From Chlorokybus atmophyticus (lineage: Eukaryota; Plantae; Mesostigma and Chlorokybus algae), in contig RHPI01000277.1 in NCBI GenBank assembly GCA_009103225.1, positions 766,074 through 830,073 on the forward strand: DNA of 64,000 nt, read 5' to 3'. The translations under genes were made by a program, and so were the position numbers. How positions within the stretch are numbered: position 1 is the stretch's first letter; every line of letters begins with the position of its first letter. The notes beneath the pieces are model-generated. The model made no database searches and was not told the DNA's origin. It was given only the letters and a program-made list of their open reading frames with translations. This document shows, piece by piece, positions 38,381 through 51,112 of the stretch.

Positions 38381-39253
38381 GGCACACTCCAACAGGAAAG
38401 CATGGTTGTCCGCGGTGGGGGGAGCAGCACAACTGCCCCCACATACTCTGTGTGGTAGTGCCTGCATGCTGACTGCTGATGCTATGTTGCTGCTGCTGTG
38501 CCTGTAGTGCATTGTTTCTAGTGCTGCTGCTGTGATGCTACATGCTGTTCATGCTGTTCATGCTGCTGGTTGTGATGCTACATGCCAAGAGAGCCGTGGG
38601 TCTAACAGTTGAGGACTAACATTGCCGTTGCTGAGTTCGCTTGCAGGCGTAGTTGCCATTCCTGCTGCAGACTGCCAGGTCTTACACGAGCAGCCAAAGG
38701 CCGGTCCTGCAAGTCCTAGCGCCGCAAAACTGATGCAGTTGCAACTGCACAGCACTGCACTGCACACTACCCGCTCCACCCCCTTCCCACCCGCCTTGCC
38801 AGGCTGCTGCGTTGCTGCTGTTGCTGTCCTACACGTACCTGGCTAACCACAAGCATATGTTGCTACAGGTTTGTGCTTGACTGCCTTGTTCGCTTGCCCT
38901 GCTCTGCCCCGCCCTGCCCTTCGCCCCATCTCCATTCGCATGCACTTAGTAGCCACATAGCTAGCGTGTATGCCCCTGCTGAAATGAAGTCCTACCCTGC
39001 TTGTGTTTTGCTGTGGTGCTTTGCTTGTTGCTTGGCATGCTTTGCATCAGCCTCTCAGATAAGCCTACATTGTCCTTTGCCAATCGCCACGCTTCCAACA
39101 AGCAGAGAGCATGACAAGCGCCACTAAACTGCTGTGAGCCCCTGCCTATCGCGCATGCTGACTTTATGTAGTACGTATCGCGTACTCATTGCAAGTTGAT
39201 GCAAACTCTCAATCGCTTGTCACCAAAGCAACTACATGTACAACTTACCCAGC

Positions 39254-41791
39254 CTACAAGAATTTGGCTTGCGGTGCCAGCTGTCGCAAAAACCCGTCAT
39301 CTTTCTTCAACGAGAAGTTGGGTTCATCAAGAAAAAGCTGCACGACAACGCCGTCCTCGTTTGCCGCATTGACGATCAGGCTGATGCCGTTCATGCCCAC
39401 CACGTTGGCGTCGCGAGACTCTGTTGATGGCGCGCCGAGAAGCATCTTTGGTCCACCCCTGCCGAAATCAACCTGAGTACATGACAAGTCGTAAGGTGTT
39501 GAACTTATTCCTGTCAACTCAAGCACGTGATGCAATAAGTTATGTGTGCAAGCATGCATGCAAGCTTTCAAGCACAAAGATGCGCGTGTGTGCGCGTACA
39601 ACACCCACACATGCGCGCACACAACTGCGCACGCAACTGCACACATGCCTGCACATGCAAGGACGTCGTTTACAAGCATGCATGCATGCACACCTGACTG
39701 GTGTCCAAGAAAGACCAAAACGTGCAATCTCCAGCGCATACAGCTCCAGGAATGCAAACCTAAGCAAGCACAAGCATACAGGTAGTTAACACCTATCAGA
39801 GTCTCCAAGAAAATAATGACAATAACAGCCAAAGTCGCTGACTGCAACTGCTTCACCTTCTGGAATGCTCCCCACTCGCCATGAGTCTGAAATGCATTCG
39901 ACGCCAACGCGTTCACCAAAGCAGTCGGCAGGTTGCGCGAAGCCGTTTTGACGGACCGAACCGTTGCCGCAACGCGCACGAGCATGTCATGAAGCAGGTT
40001 TGACTCTTCTTGCTGGCTCTCTTTCGCTGCTTCTGGCAGCAACTGCGCAAACTGCAGCATTGCCGTAGCGTTGCCAAAGTAGTTTTCTGGTACAGCGCTG
40101 GAGGGCAGAGACGAGCGCAAATCTTCTGTCATGAAGAAAAGCGTGCCTGCAAGCAACAGACTAACATTGGGCTCACAGTCCACATCTTAAGCAAAACTAT
40201 TAATGACCTACCAGGCAAAGTAAGGTCATATATATGGCAGCGCAGCATCCATATCAATGCCACGATCACGTCGTTGGTAGACACTTGCTCCACGCCATAC
40301 GCGAAGCAGTGGTTGTTGACATGTGCCCGCAAAGTTGCCAGCTGTTGATTCGGGACATGCCACGAGACAAGCCTCAGTGCCGCGGACTCGCGCTCGTTGG
40401 TGCCGTGCATCTTTGTTGGCGAGAAGCACTTTGTTAGGTCTACATGATCGCTAGCCAGCGGCGCTTTACTGGCTTCAGCCTGCACCGCTGTCTTGAGGCC
40501 ATTGACGGTAGCAAGTACTGCAGCTTTTAGATCCTCATTAATGCCTTTGAGCAACTCAATTGCCGATACGAACGCACGATCCTCGCTCACGGGCTCCACA
40601 ACCTCACCTGCGCAAAAGTGACATAGATGCTCAACCACTCCATTGGTCACGCTGTAGCGCTTATGATCGTTGATTACTCCAATTGTGTACTGACGCTCTG
40701 CTTGCGTGCGCGTGCGCATGCGTATGTATGTGTGCACACATGTGCGCGCGTGTGTACGTGCGTGTGTGCGTTCATGTCAACATGCGTGTGTTTTCTGCTT
40801 GTGCCTGCGAATGTGTGTACGTTCTTCCTTTACCTTTGAAAGCTTGCGCCAGGTCTTTGCACAGCAGTGCAAACATGCCCTTCGCATCCGACAGCGCATG
40901 AGAGCAGTTGATCGCCAGCGCGCACGCGTCCCCATCAGCGAGGTAAGTCAACTGAAACTTTACTGGTGCATCCAGACCTTTCTCCAACTTCCCAAGCTGC
41001 AAGCACAGCAAGCTCAAAGTCAACGACCAACTCTGTTACGTACAGATTTGGGCCTTGCGATCTACTTACATCAATGCCAGGGACCAAAGGCGGGGTGGCG
41101 CGGGCTGCTCCGTGCGCATATGTTGCCTCCAGAGCGGTGGGGAAGGCGTCAATAGACCCTTGCGGCCACGAAGCTATTGTCAATGGCACACCGGCATTGC
41201 AACACGCAAGCGTGAGACGGCCATTGCGCTGCTCGTTAAGCACAAACCTGCATGAAACACAAGACCATAAGTTCACTAGCACTGCTTGCTGCTTGTTACA
41301 AACTGCAGCAGTCCCAGCAGCAACACTGTGACAAAGTTGCAGAGCGGCAAGGGGAACATATCAATACTCAACTGTGCTAACTGTGGGTGTGGTTTTCGCA
41401 CCTGCCGGCCAGTATTGGGTTGGCCTCGACGAGGCGTTGCACTGCAGTGACGAGCTTGACGGCGTCCAGGGCGTAGTCAAACAACAGCACCCACGCCATG
41501 CTGAATTGACGCAGCAGGTAAGAGGCGTCCACGTCGCTGAGCTCCACGCGCCTGGCTTGGCAGGCAGCATTGCTTTCACCTTGCTGCTTAGACAAGAACA
41601 GCAGCACTGAGCAGTGAGCTACACATGCTTCCTCATGTACAGCATTATTGAACTGCTGCTCAGCTCAGTAAAGTTAGAAGCCTACTCTGCATGATATGAT
41701 AAAGCTCAACGGAGTGTCGCAAACAGCTGACCTTTGCTTTGATTGTGTGCTGGCCCAGCAGGCTGAAGTCGCTGAAGTCGGCACGAAACAT
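39254..41791 (-). CDS. BAHD-family acyl-CoA acyltransferase, 7 coding exons
   Basis: LAGR|F, HxxxD motif (CSHALSDAKG), VSTNDVIVALIW, EDLR...NYFGNA and TFWSFLDTSQ|VDFGRGGP (DFGWG-equivalent). Confidence 0.9.
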
Positions 41792-42846
41792 GCTTGCAGC
41801 AGCTGCTGCAACAGTGCAGTTCACGAATACCAGCTACCTCCAGCAGCCTGAAAAAGGCAAAACTCAAGCAAATTCAAGCCCAACCTCAAGTACAGCTTGC
41901 TACTTGTCACTCAGCCATGCTGCTGCATGCCTCTCACCTGAAGCACGTGTGTCCTCACCACCGCCTTCTCCTCCTCCGCTTCCTGCTACTCCTCAATGTC
42001 CTCTTTTGCCTGCTGCTTATGCACACAAGATGCCCTGACGTCAAAGCATGCCACGCCATTGCACCCAGGCAGGCTGGATGGCCGCCTCCTCCTGCGTAAC
42101 GTAAGCGTACTCATTGTCGGCGTTGAGCGCATGTCTATTGACAGCAAGCATCGACAGTCGGCGGCTATCAGTCGACACTTGATGGCCATCCACCTCGATC
42201 ACCAGCATCGTCGATGCAAGTGGACTTGTCGAACCGGCCGCAGTTTGCGGCGGCGGTGACTCAGGCCGTACTCTGACACATTTGATCCGTGATTCCGCGC
42301 CAACTCGGTGGAGGCTGCCGTCCCGAACAGAATGCCGTGCCGGCGCGGAATACAGGCCCAACAGACACGTGTACGAAGGGACGAAGCAAAAGACCGGAAT
42401 GTGATGTGAGATCGGTCATAGGCCGGCCTCTAGGTGACATGAGACTCTTAGCCTTGGCCGCTCGTGGCACCGGCTGTGACCGGTGGGTTATGGTCACATT
42501 GTACGTATGGCAGCGTGCATGCGCGTACCATGCAATGTGCCTGCTTAATTCAGTCCCCAACCGTGATTCACAGTTTACCTGGCGGCGAGTGCAGTTTGGA
42601 TGCCTGTTTTGATAACTATAGATTGGACAGCTCCGCCGGCATTTGAACTCTTAAGTTGAGTCTCATGATGCCTTACCCGAAATCAGCTAAAACAATGGCT
42701 GGTTAGCTTAACCGGATGTGGCAGCATCAGCACTTGATTTGCATTGCATTTAGCGTTGCATTTAGTGTGCCTTGCTTTGCCTGCGTTGCAAAGCGGGCGG
42801 CGGTGGCAGTGGTGTTGGCTTTGTGGTCGGCGTAGTGGTGGTCGGC

Positions 42847-45556
42847 ATGGCCGCCGCTGTGGTTCACATGGGGCCCGAGGCGCTGCTGCTGAATTCCTCG
42901 TCGCTGGTTTTGAGGGAGGCGGCGGCGGCTGGGCGGGGCGTGTTCGCTGCTCGCCGCTTGGATGCCGGCGACGAAATCATGGCGGACAAACCTTACGTCT
43001 GCGTCGTCAATGAGGAGATGAGCTTTGAGGTAGTACAAACCCTAATGCCGCCAAACAATGAGACGTCCCGACTGCAGCATGCCATTGCTTCTTCAAGTTT
43101 CTTGTGTGAGAGCTCCTCGTTATTAACGCTCAAGGCGGAAGTGGCGTTACCACAACACAAGTACAATGCTGGGTGCACGACAGGGGTGAAGAAACAGGGG
43201 CGAAGGAACCAACGCTCTCAGTGTTGGCTTTATTGTTATGGGCACTGCATTGGTCGATGTGGGACACGTTTGTTGGCTAGTCCATTTTGTGTGGAAGATT
43301 GACTTGCATTAAGCTTTGGCGGCTTGTCTGTTATTGCTGCGTGCTGACATTGCAATGTGCTGCAGGTCTGCTGCGTCTGTTACTTGCGTCAGACGCACAT
43401 AAGCGGCAACAGCAGCAGCGCCTGTGAGCGCTGCCGCTGCGTGTGGTATTGCTCTGCAACCTGCCGCAACAGCCGAGAGGGCGGTTACGAGTCGCACGCC
43501 AACTCTGGAGAGTGCCACGCCTTCAGGCACGCTGTTACAGTCTCTCATTTTGTCTCTAACTCTGTGTCTTTCTATGTGCATGAGCGCCCATGTGCACACC
43601 TCTGTGTGTGTGTGTGCACGCCTGTGATTTGCGTGCTGCGTTGCACGCCTTGCACACATGCACACTCGCACAGGCATCCCAACCTACACACGCACAGACA
43701 CATGTGTTCTTGAGTGCACATACACACGCACACGTATCACATGTGTGCACAGAGCATGTCCATGACTGGTGTCATTCTTCTCCATCAGGTACTTGCAGCG
43801 AACAGACTTGCCTCCCGCTCTCACCACGCTTGCGCACATCATGGTGCGGGCGCTGTTGAAGCGTGCGGATGAGCTCAAGGCCGGGAAGAGTGTTGATCGC
43901 TCGAGCCCTGTGGATGCTAACAATGAAGCCACATTTGGTGCGCTCACGCTGCTGGAACAAAGCTTTGACAAGTTTCCCAAACATAAGCAAGAGGTGGGCT
44001 TGATGCGGGTGTGACTGTCATTGTTTGTGCTGTTGCACAACAGGCAGGTTTCTGTAAAGGTGTTGCTCATGTGCTCCCCTCACACAGGACTTCCTAAGTG
44101 TTGCCAAAAAGGTGCATGCCAGCCTTCCAGAAGAGGTAGGTGTCTATCATGTGTATGTAACTAATGTATGCAAAACAAAGATATACATGTGCAAAGCAAC
44201 ACAATATGTGTGAACTGCTGTGCATAATGTATACCAGATGCGTGTTGTGTACCCTGCTATATTTCGCCCTGCTTCGCGCCTTCATACCCATTCTTGTAAA
44301 CAGGCCCGGTTGGACGTGCCGCGCATTGCTTCACTGGTGGCGTCAGAGGAGTGCAACGCGTTTGGCGTGTATGAGCCTGACGGCGCGCACGCGATGACGG
44401 GCTTCGCGGTCTACCCTCGGCTCCCGTTCTTTAACCACGCGTGCATTCCAAATACCGCTGTCCTCACCACACCTGGCAGGTGGGCCGTGCAGCTCATTAA
44501 ACACAACAACCACACGTGAGCGAGTGTGGGAAATGTTGAGAGGAGGGAGCGGGACACAGAGACACACATAGACACATGTGACACTGTTGGTGAAACCACG
44601 CATGCCCGTACAGTTTGAGGCTGTCTTTCCGGACGCTGAGGGTCATTGAGGAGGGTGAAGAGGTGTGCATAAGCTACATTGCCGGTGAGGAGGACAAGCT
44701 GTTTGACCGTGATGCGCGCCGGAGTACACTGAAGGAGAACTGGCTGTTTGATTGCGGGTGCATCTTGTGTTCAGCTGGTAAGGCCTGTCTGTGCATCAAG
44801 CGTTATCTTCATGTCGCGAAATGCCAGTTGCTGTGCACATGTGAGCAGGTGTGGGCACGAGCGCGAGCGCATGTGACTATTGCATACGCCTACGTACACT
44901 CCTTGATACACAAATGCATGGGTGTATGCAACACACGCATCCACACATGCGCATGCCAACGCGTGCAGTTATACATGTTTGGCTGGCGTTGTTTTGATGT
45001 AAACCCAGGCGCTATATCTCCAAGTGGGGTGTTGCTTTGTGCAGAGCCCACAACGGCCAAGCAAATGGCGGACACTTTCAACCAAAATCACCGATGCCTG
45101 GCTGCCGGCTGCCACGGTCTGGTCTTCCCGGACCACCCGAAGGAGTATGGCATCATGGTGTGCAGCGTGTGCCGGTCCACCATCACACGCACCGACTGGT
45201 CCAAAGAGCAAGAGGTAGAGGACGAGCAGCAGGTGGACACGCAGCACGAAGTCCGCCCAATTGATTCGCTCACGAACGACCCGCTTGAGCAGATTCGCTC
45301 TGAAGCACCCGCCTCGTGCAAGTACGCATACCGGCAACCGATCCAGACCGAGGCCGTCGCCAAGCAGAAACTTCTCGCAGGTTACCCCTCATATTCCACT
45401 CGCCATGCACCAACAACGTCTTCATCATCATCCTCATGGCTGCAAAAGCTCAAGGTCATGTGCGGTGGTGGATCAGTTGGCAGTGACAAGTATAGAAATG
45501 AAGTGGGCGTTGTTTCACATAAAGGCCGAGATATCCACGTCTTGCTGAGCCGTTGA
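42847..45556 (+). CDS. SMYD/ASHR-type SET-MYND lysine methyltransferase
   Basis: GRGVFAARRLDAGDEI, MYND-like CCVC...CERC...YCSATC...H...EC, NAFGV, FFNHACIPN, EEVCISYI and post-SET FDCGCILC. Confidence 0.92.
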
Positions 45557-46531
45557 GGGACAACAATGGTTGAGCGAAAAGGAAGAGGTTTCTGTATGTA
45601 GTTGATATATATGGAGTTGCAAACGGTTGTACATAGGTAGGATAGGAGTACATACAGTAAGAATAACAGCATCACAGCAGACTGTCAAAGCAGTGCTTAG
45701 CGTGGCCTAGTGACATGTAAATGTAGTCACGGCTCGATGCGGCACTGTTCCCTACAGCTAACAGTAGTGTAAGTAGATCCGCCTTGCCATGATTTGATAT
45801 TTCAATCAAGTTTTGACCCAGTTCACAACAATCCTACAAGTGCAGGCCCACCGATGCACCGTTACATGGATATGGCATCATTCGACATGTTGTCGAGGAG
45901 AAACTGGCTTTGATGTCAAAGCTACTGGCAAGGCTGTCTGCCTTGACTGTTGGTTGTTGTCACAATGAAGAGGTTACTGCTCGGAATGGGGTCCAATACA
46001 CCTAGCAATCGTATTGGGACCCTACCCACTTGCGTGATTGACCAATTAAGCACTCGACATGCACGTCACTGTATACCCAGGAGAGAATGCTGCAGAAGGA
46101 TATTAGCAAGGCTAGAGTAACAACTGAAGAATGGGTGTCAACAATCGGAAAATGGCTACCAATTTGCCCCTGATTGGCTTGAGGCTTCAGCACATGACTG
46201 CTACGATTATGCTGCTGTTGTCGCTAGCAATCACTCTCTACAGACTTGTCACTACAAATTCTGCAAATGTTTGGCTACTGATGGGGTTGCGCGCTCAAGC
46301 ACATTGAGCGTAGGTTACATCAGGTCTGAGTGTGCATCACCTTGAGCACCTGAACACGCCCCTCTTTCACTACACGCACTGTCACCATGCTCCCCTGTAC
46401 AGCAGGTTTAGAGTATTATCCTGTGCAACCTGCAACCACGCATACGCACACGTACAGGCACACGGGGACGCACACGCACGTGCCACACACACGCACATGC
46501 CCGCACCCACTGAGACGCACTTCTAACGTCT

Positions 46532-47338
46532 TCAACGCAGCACGGCTTGATGACGTACACTTGCATAACAGGCCTGCACTGTGACTCACAGCGAGTCCAG
46601 CGACCAGACTGGCACTTTTCAGACAACACCCGAGACTCACCTTGGTAGTGATGGGAGCAGCGGAGTTGGTGTTCGCACACAGCCGATCGTGAATGCGGCG
46701 GTTCAGGTCCTGTATGCGCGACGTGTCCACATGACCCAAGTCGAATGGTTGCAGCACTCTGACGGGTTGGGAAGCTGATACAAACAGAAAACCAAAAAAC
46801 AATTCATTGACACACGCGAATTGCTGGCCAGAGCTGAGACGACTGATAGATAGAGCGAACTTGGAATACAACAGTTACCTGTGCACAGAGACAGCTCTAC
46901 AGGGCGCCCTGACTGAGAAGCAGGACAGCGCTGCTTGTCCGCTGCTGCTAAAGCCAAGCTATAACTGACTTCTGGGATACGGCGATCACCACATTCTGCC
47001 AAGCACCCGACAGTCAGTATACTAAGGAGGCTTAGGAGGCAATGTGCCCAGCCAAGTCATGGAAGTGACTGCCAAAGCTGCTGTCGTTTAACATGCAACA
47101 TCGTCACGCACACACACGCGCACGTGAGGGAGCGAGAGCGAGGGAGCGAGAGAGGGAGCGAGCCAGAGAGCGAGCGAGCGAGAGCGAGCGAGCGAGCGAG
47201 AGAGCGAGAGAGCGAGAGCGAGCGAGAGAGCGAGCGAGAGCGCCCGAGAGAGAGCGCGAGAGAGAGAGCGAGAGAGAGAGCGAGAGAGAGAGAGCGAGAG
47301 AGAGAGAGAGAGCGAGAGAGAGAGAGAGCGAGAGAGAG

Positions 47339-47427
<89 letters not shown>

Positions 47428-48924
47428 CCCAGCTTCCGTCTTTTTACAAGCGTCCCATTGCCATCCGTGTCGCCATCATTGCTCTGCACTTCGCCAGCTG
47501 GCGGAGTGCAGTGCAGCTCAAAGCTCTGGAGCAGCGCACGCTGGCTGCTGCACTTGCGTCCCGCAGCTTCCACACTGCCGGCCACTGGCAAATTGTGACT
47601 GAGACTGCGACTTGAATTGTCAACCAGCGACGACATCGCCTCGTCCTCCACGCCCAACAGGTCCAGAGAGTCCAGCTCGGACATCGACGGCAGGTTGAGG
47701 TGGCAGTCGTCGATGTCTTCCACACATGCGATGTTCAACTCGTCATGAGGATTGTGATGCGTGCTCGGGTCGGGTGTGGCGATGGTGCCAAAATGGAGAG
47801 CAAAAGGGAAGGGCTCGGGCTCGGGCTCGGCTGGCACACAGTCTGTGCAGGACACCACAGCAAGCAATGAAGCAGTTTAGGGCAACTATTGAAGAACCTT
47901 CCTCAAGGCAACTGAGTGACTCTCAACTAACTCACTAGCTTGTTACGTGACATGGACACACGTTTCAAGTGTCAGGTCGTACACAGACACTGGCAAGCAT
48001 TTGGCAACTGAGCAACCACCAACTATAGTTGAAAGGTCTGAAGTTTTCAGGGAAGTACTCTGCACCAGCACTCTGTTCCATTGATTGGTTGAATGAACGT
48101 TCTTCCCTAGCAGACAGAAGGGAGTATCTTTTGACTATTATAGAGAATAGGAGTGGCCTAATAACTACTGCTTACTGGGCAGAACTAGCACAGGTGAGTC
48201 TGCTGTACGGCACGATACTACACTGTAACCCAACAGAAGTGGTACCAACAGTGCCAGTACTGGAAGCACAGGTAGAAATGGTAGTACTGCCAACGGTACT
48301 GACACTCAGTGCTACCACTACCGGCAGTAGTGGTCGTACTGGAACTAGTTATGCATGTGGTGGTAGTGCTGGTGCTCGTACAAGTATTCGCAGTAGAGGT
48401 AGTAGGCATTCAATGCTTGTTATGACCAGCTGCCTGGGCTGCTTAGACATTGAGGCATTGACAGGGCCATGGTGCTAAGTCTACAGCTGCTCTGGACATG
48501 TGTGTGAGCTGAACAACTGACTGCTCACGGAAGCTAGCATCACACGTTGTTGTGAACAGAAGCATTGCGCTTGCACATGACTCTCAGCTTGGCACTGCAT
48601 TGCGTTTCGCAGCCATTGTTGGTGACCGCCTGATTAGCTGCATGTGCGTGCATACGCGTATACATGTATGCACGTATTTGCTACGTAGCAAACAGGGCTT
48701 GTACTGAGCCAGGCAATCAAACTAGCAGACCAACACTCCGAGTCACAGGCTGGTGCTACAGAGAGCACGAGAGTTGTTCAACCACGCAAGCATAAACCAC
48801 TGCTCACTGTTGATGAGCAGCACAGTGTTGTTTGCTCACGCATGCCCAAAAACCCAGACTCACCCAGGTACAGGGGCTCCGAGAACCACCCCTCTGCCAT
48901 CCCTGCAGCCGCCGGCACTGCCAT
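46532..48924 (-). CDS. Spliced gene of uncertain identity, weakly XRI1-like; last exon uncertain
   Basis: Four exons join in phase: MAVPAAAGMAEGWFSEPLYL|DCVPAE...VKRRKL|ECGDRR...SLCT|ASQPVRVLQPFDLGHVDTSRIQDLNRRI. The last motif resembles the recalled XRI1 PFxxxKP...LxDINxRI. Confidence 0.6.
47125..47424. repeat. (AG)n/(GAGC)n microsatellite inside an intron
   Basis: About 300 bp of GA repeat; source of the ERERER/SLSLSL ORFs. Confidence 0.95.
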
Positions 48925-49531
48925 GCGGAACGCCCTTCAGAAGCTGCTCAGCAGGCGGAGCTAAGGTGGCTATGGCTCCGCGTCAAGCTGCTCAACGCCG
49001 CGTCACAAGCAGGTTGTATGGTATGCAGCATGCACGGTGGTCACGTCAGCCTCCACCTCGGCAACCGCCTCCACCTCCGCCGCCTCCGCAGCAGCTGCTT
49101 CAGCCAATGCAACACAGTGCAGCACATGCCTGCATGCCTCCATGCATGTACTGCATTGTCATTGTCAGCAGCGAGGACGTTATGCTTGGTTAAGCCCTAA
49201 CCATGCAAAGGCCCATATTGTTGAAGGCATAAACCGTCAACAGAGGCACAACTTGTGCCGCACATGGTCGACGCTCTGCCAGACCATACAGGCCCTACGT
49301 GGTCAAACTGGTTGTGATCATCACAATGAGTCAGTCGTTAACTGAGGTTGAGAGTGAGATTGAGACTGAGGCTGAGACCAAGTGAGACTGAGACTGATGA
49401 GCGATTGCGAGTGCGAGCGAGACTGAGAGTGGTTGAGCCGGAGAACGCGCTGCAACTCACAGCGCGCTTGTCAGGGCCTGACAAGAGGCGCGGGCAGAAG
49501 TGCAATGTGGCGACGACGACGTTGTTTGTGT

Positions 49532-49568
<37 letters not shown>

Positions 49569-49670
49569 TGCATGCGCAGAAATGTGGCCCTCACACACAC
49601 ACGTGTGTAGGCAGAGTGAAGGAGATTGCACAGGCATGCATCATACGTGTACGCAAGCACAGGAATCACG

Positions 49671-49672
<2 letters not shown>

Positions 49673-49725
<53 letters not shown>
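49673..49725. repeat. (AG)n microsatellite
   Basis: Directly visible. Confidence 0.95.
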
Positions 49726-49730
<5 letters not shown>

Positions 49731-49819
49731 CTACACTTATGTGAGGGCCGGCCCATAGGCCCATTGAAAGAAGGGCATGGCTTGCAAAATCCATATCATA
49801 TGCATCAGCATATGCGGAT

Positions 49820-50079
49820 TACCGTATTTGCCCATTCTCGGTGCCCCCCCTATTACAATTACCCCCCTGGACTTTAAAGCGGGGCACACTGTTAAGCTGT
49901 ATTATGCCCCCTTCTCGTATACCGTGCCCCATGTTTCGGGGTTATGCAGGGATTGCAGTAAGTTACTCTATGACAATGCCCCCTGCAAAATAGAGTGCCC
50001 CTAAATACAATTACCCCCTTATAAATTTGGGGGGAGCACTATGCTGGAAGGGGGGCACTGTGAACGGGTAAGTGTGGTA
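49820..50079. mobile_element. Degenerate MITE (Tc1/mariner/pogo-like), about 260 bp
   Basis: Left end TACCGTATTTGCCCATTCTCGGTGCCCCCC versus reverse-complemented right end TACCACACTTACCCGTTCACAGTGCCCCCC. Mismatches are mostly transitions, TA lies at both ends, and there is no coding capacity. Confidence 0.7.
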
Positions 50080-51112
50080 TTGTTATGGTGTAATAGTCAT
50101 AATCAAGTTTAAAATCCACTTCAAATTCTCAATGAGTTTGGGTTATTGTGTTTACACGCAACCTTGCATGTGCATATGCAAACATCGTTGGTTGAAACAT
50201 AAATTGCACATGAGCATTTTTATGGTTATGCTCATTGATCACTTGCATAAGTTTGCGCGCTCTCGTGTTCGTGTGCGTGTGCGTGCATGCATGTAGGTGG
50301 TAAGTTAGCTAGATTAAAAGCCTATTGGCGGTGAACAAGTTTATATTAAGAGTCATTCTTAAACGCTGAAACGCTTCTTGCTTTGATCCTCAGAGCATCA
50401 TCCCTCTCACAACATTTATGTATCACATCATGCATAATACGACCGAGAGGTATAGCAAAATTATAGCAAGGCATTTGCATTTGCTCACCTTGGGTCACCT
50501 CAGATTAGTGTGTTACGATTTTATTATTGTAAACTTCACGAGATTTTGTATATGAATAATTACAAAAGCTATAATTATTTTAATCACATAATAATAAAGT
50601 GAGAAGACAAGAGAAGAGAAGAAAAGTTAATATCTTTAAAACTTTGCAACCGATAATTAATTTGCTCGTATTAAACTTTCAACAAATTACTTATCATGTT
50701 TACAAAGTTGCAGCCACGCATGCACATCATAACGCTTACTTCGCTGCGTCCGGTTTTACTGCTCTACCACCCTTAACATAGTTGCTTGCAATGAAAGTGT
50801 TGCACAGTTTGCGTGATTATTATGACGTGCACAGATAGATTAAAGCGCAGCACACATTTGTGCCTACATGGTATGACGAACAAGTGTACATTTGCGATAT
50901 TGCCAGCAGACGTTGCAGCGTTTGGCGGCGTCACGTATGATGGTTTGGCGCTTTGGTGTAACACGGCGTCGTAACCACTAGGCTATGGCAACAAAGTCAC
51001 TGCCATGCGAGAGCCATATGTCTCAGATATGGCTCATCGCATATGCGTTACATTGCAAGACCGCCTCGCTAGGGTGACTCTTAGCATAATTATAATGTTA
51101 CTGTCAATAATC

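Noticed and set aside
41930-42190. Apparent in-frame TAG upstream of the BAHD gene, suggesting read-through or a variant genetic code
   Set aside because: A downstream ATG (41791) gives a complete BAHD N-terminus, and all other genes use standard stops with no internal TAG/TAA.
42292-42351. 10-bp GC-rich inverted repeat (ATTCCGCGCC/GGCGCGGAAT) in the BAHD-SMYD divergent region
   Set aside because: The stem is short with a 40-nt unstructured loop and no tRNA or snRNA features; compatible with chance.
48029-48478. 149-aa plus-strand ORF inside the intron of the XRI1-like gene
   Set aside because: Built from degenerate GGTAGTACTG-like low-complexity repeats, with no domain and no partner exons found.
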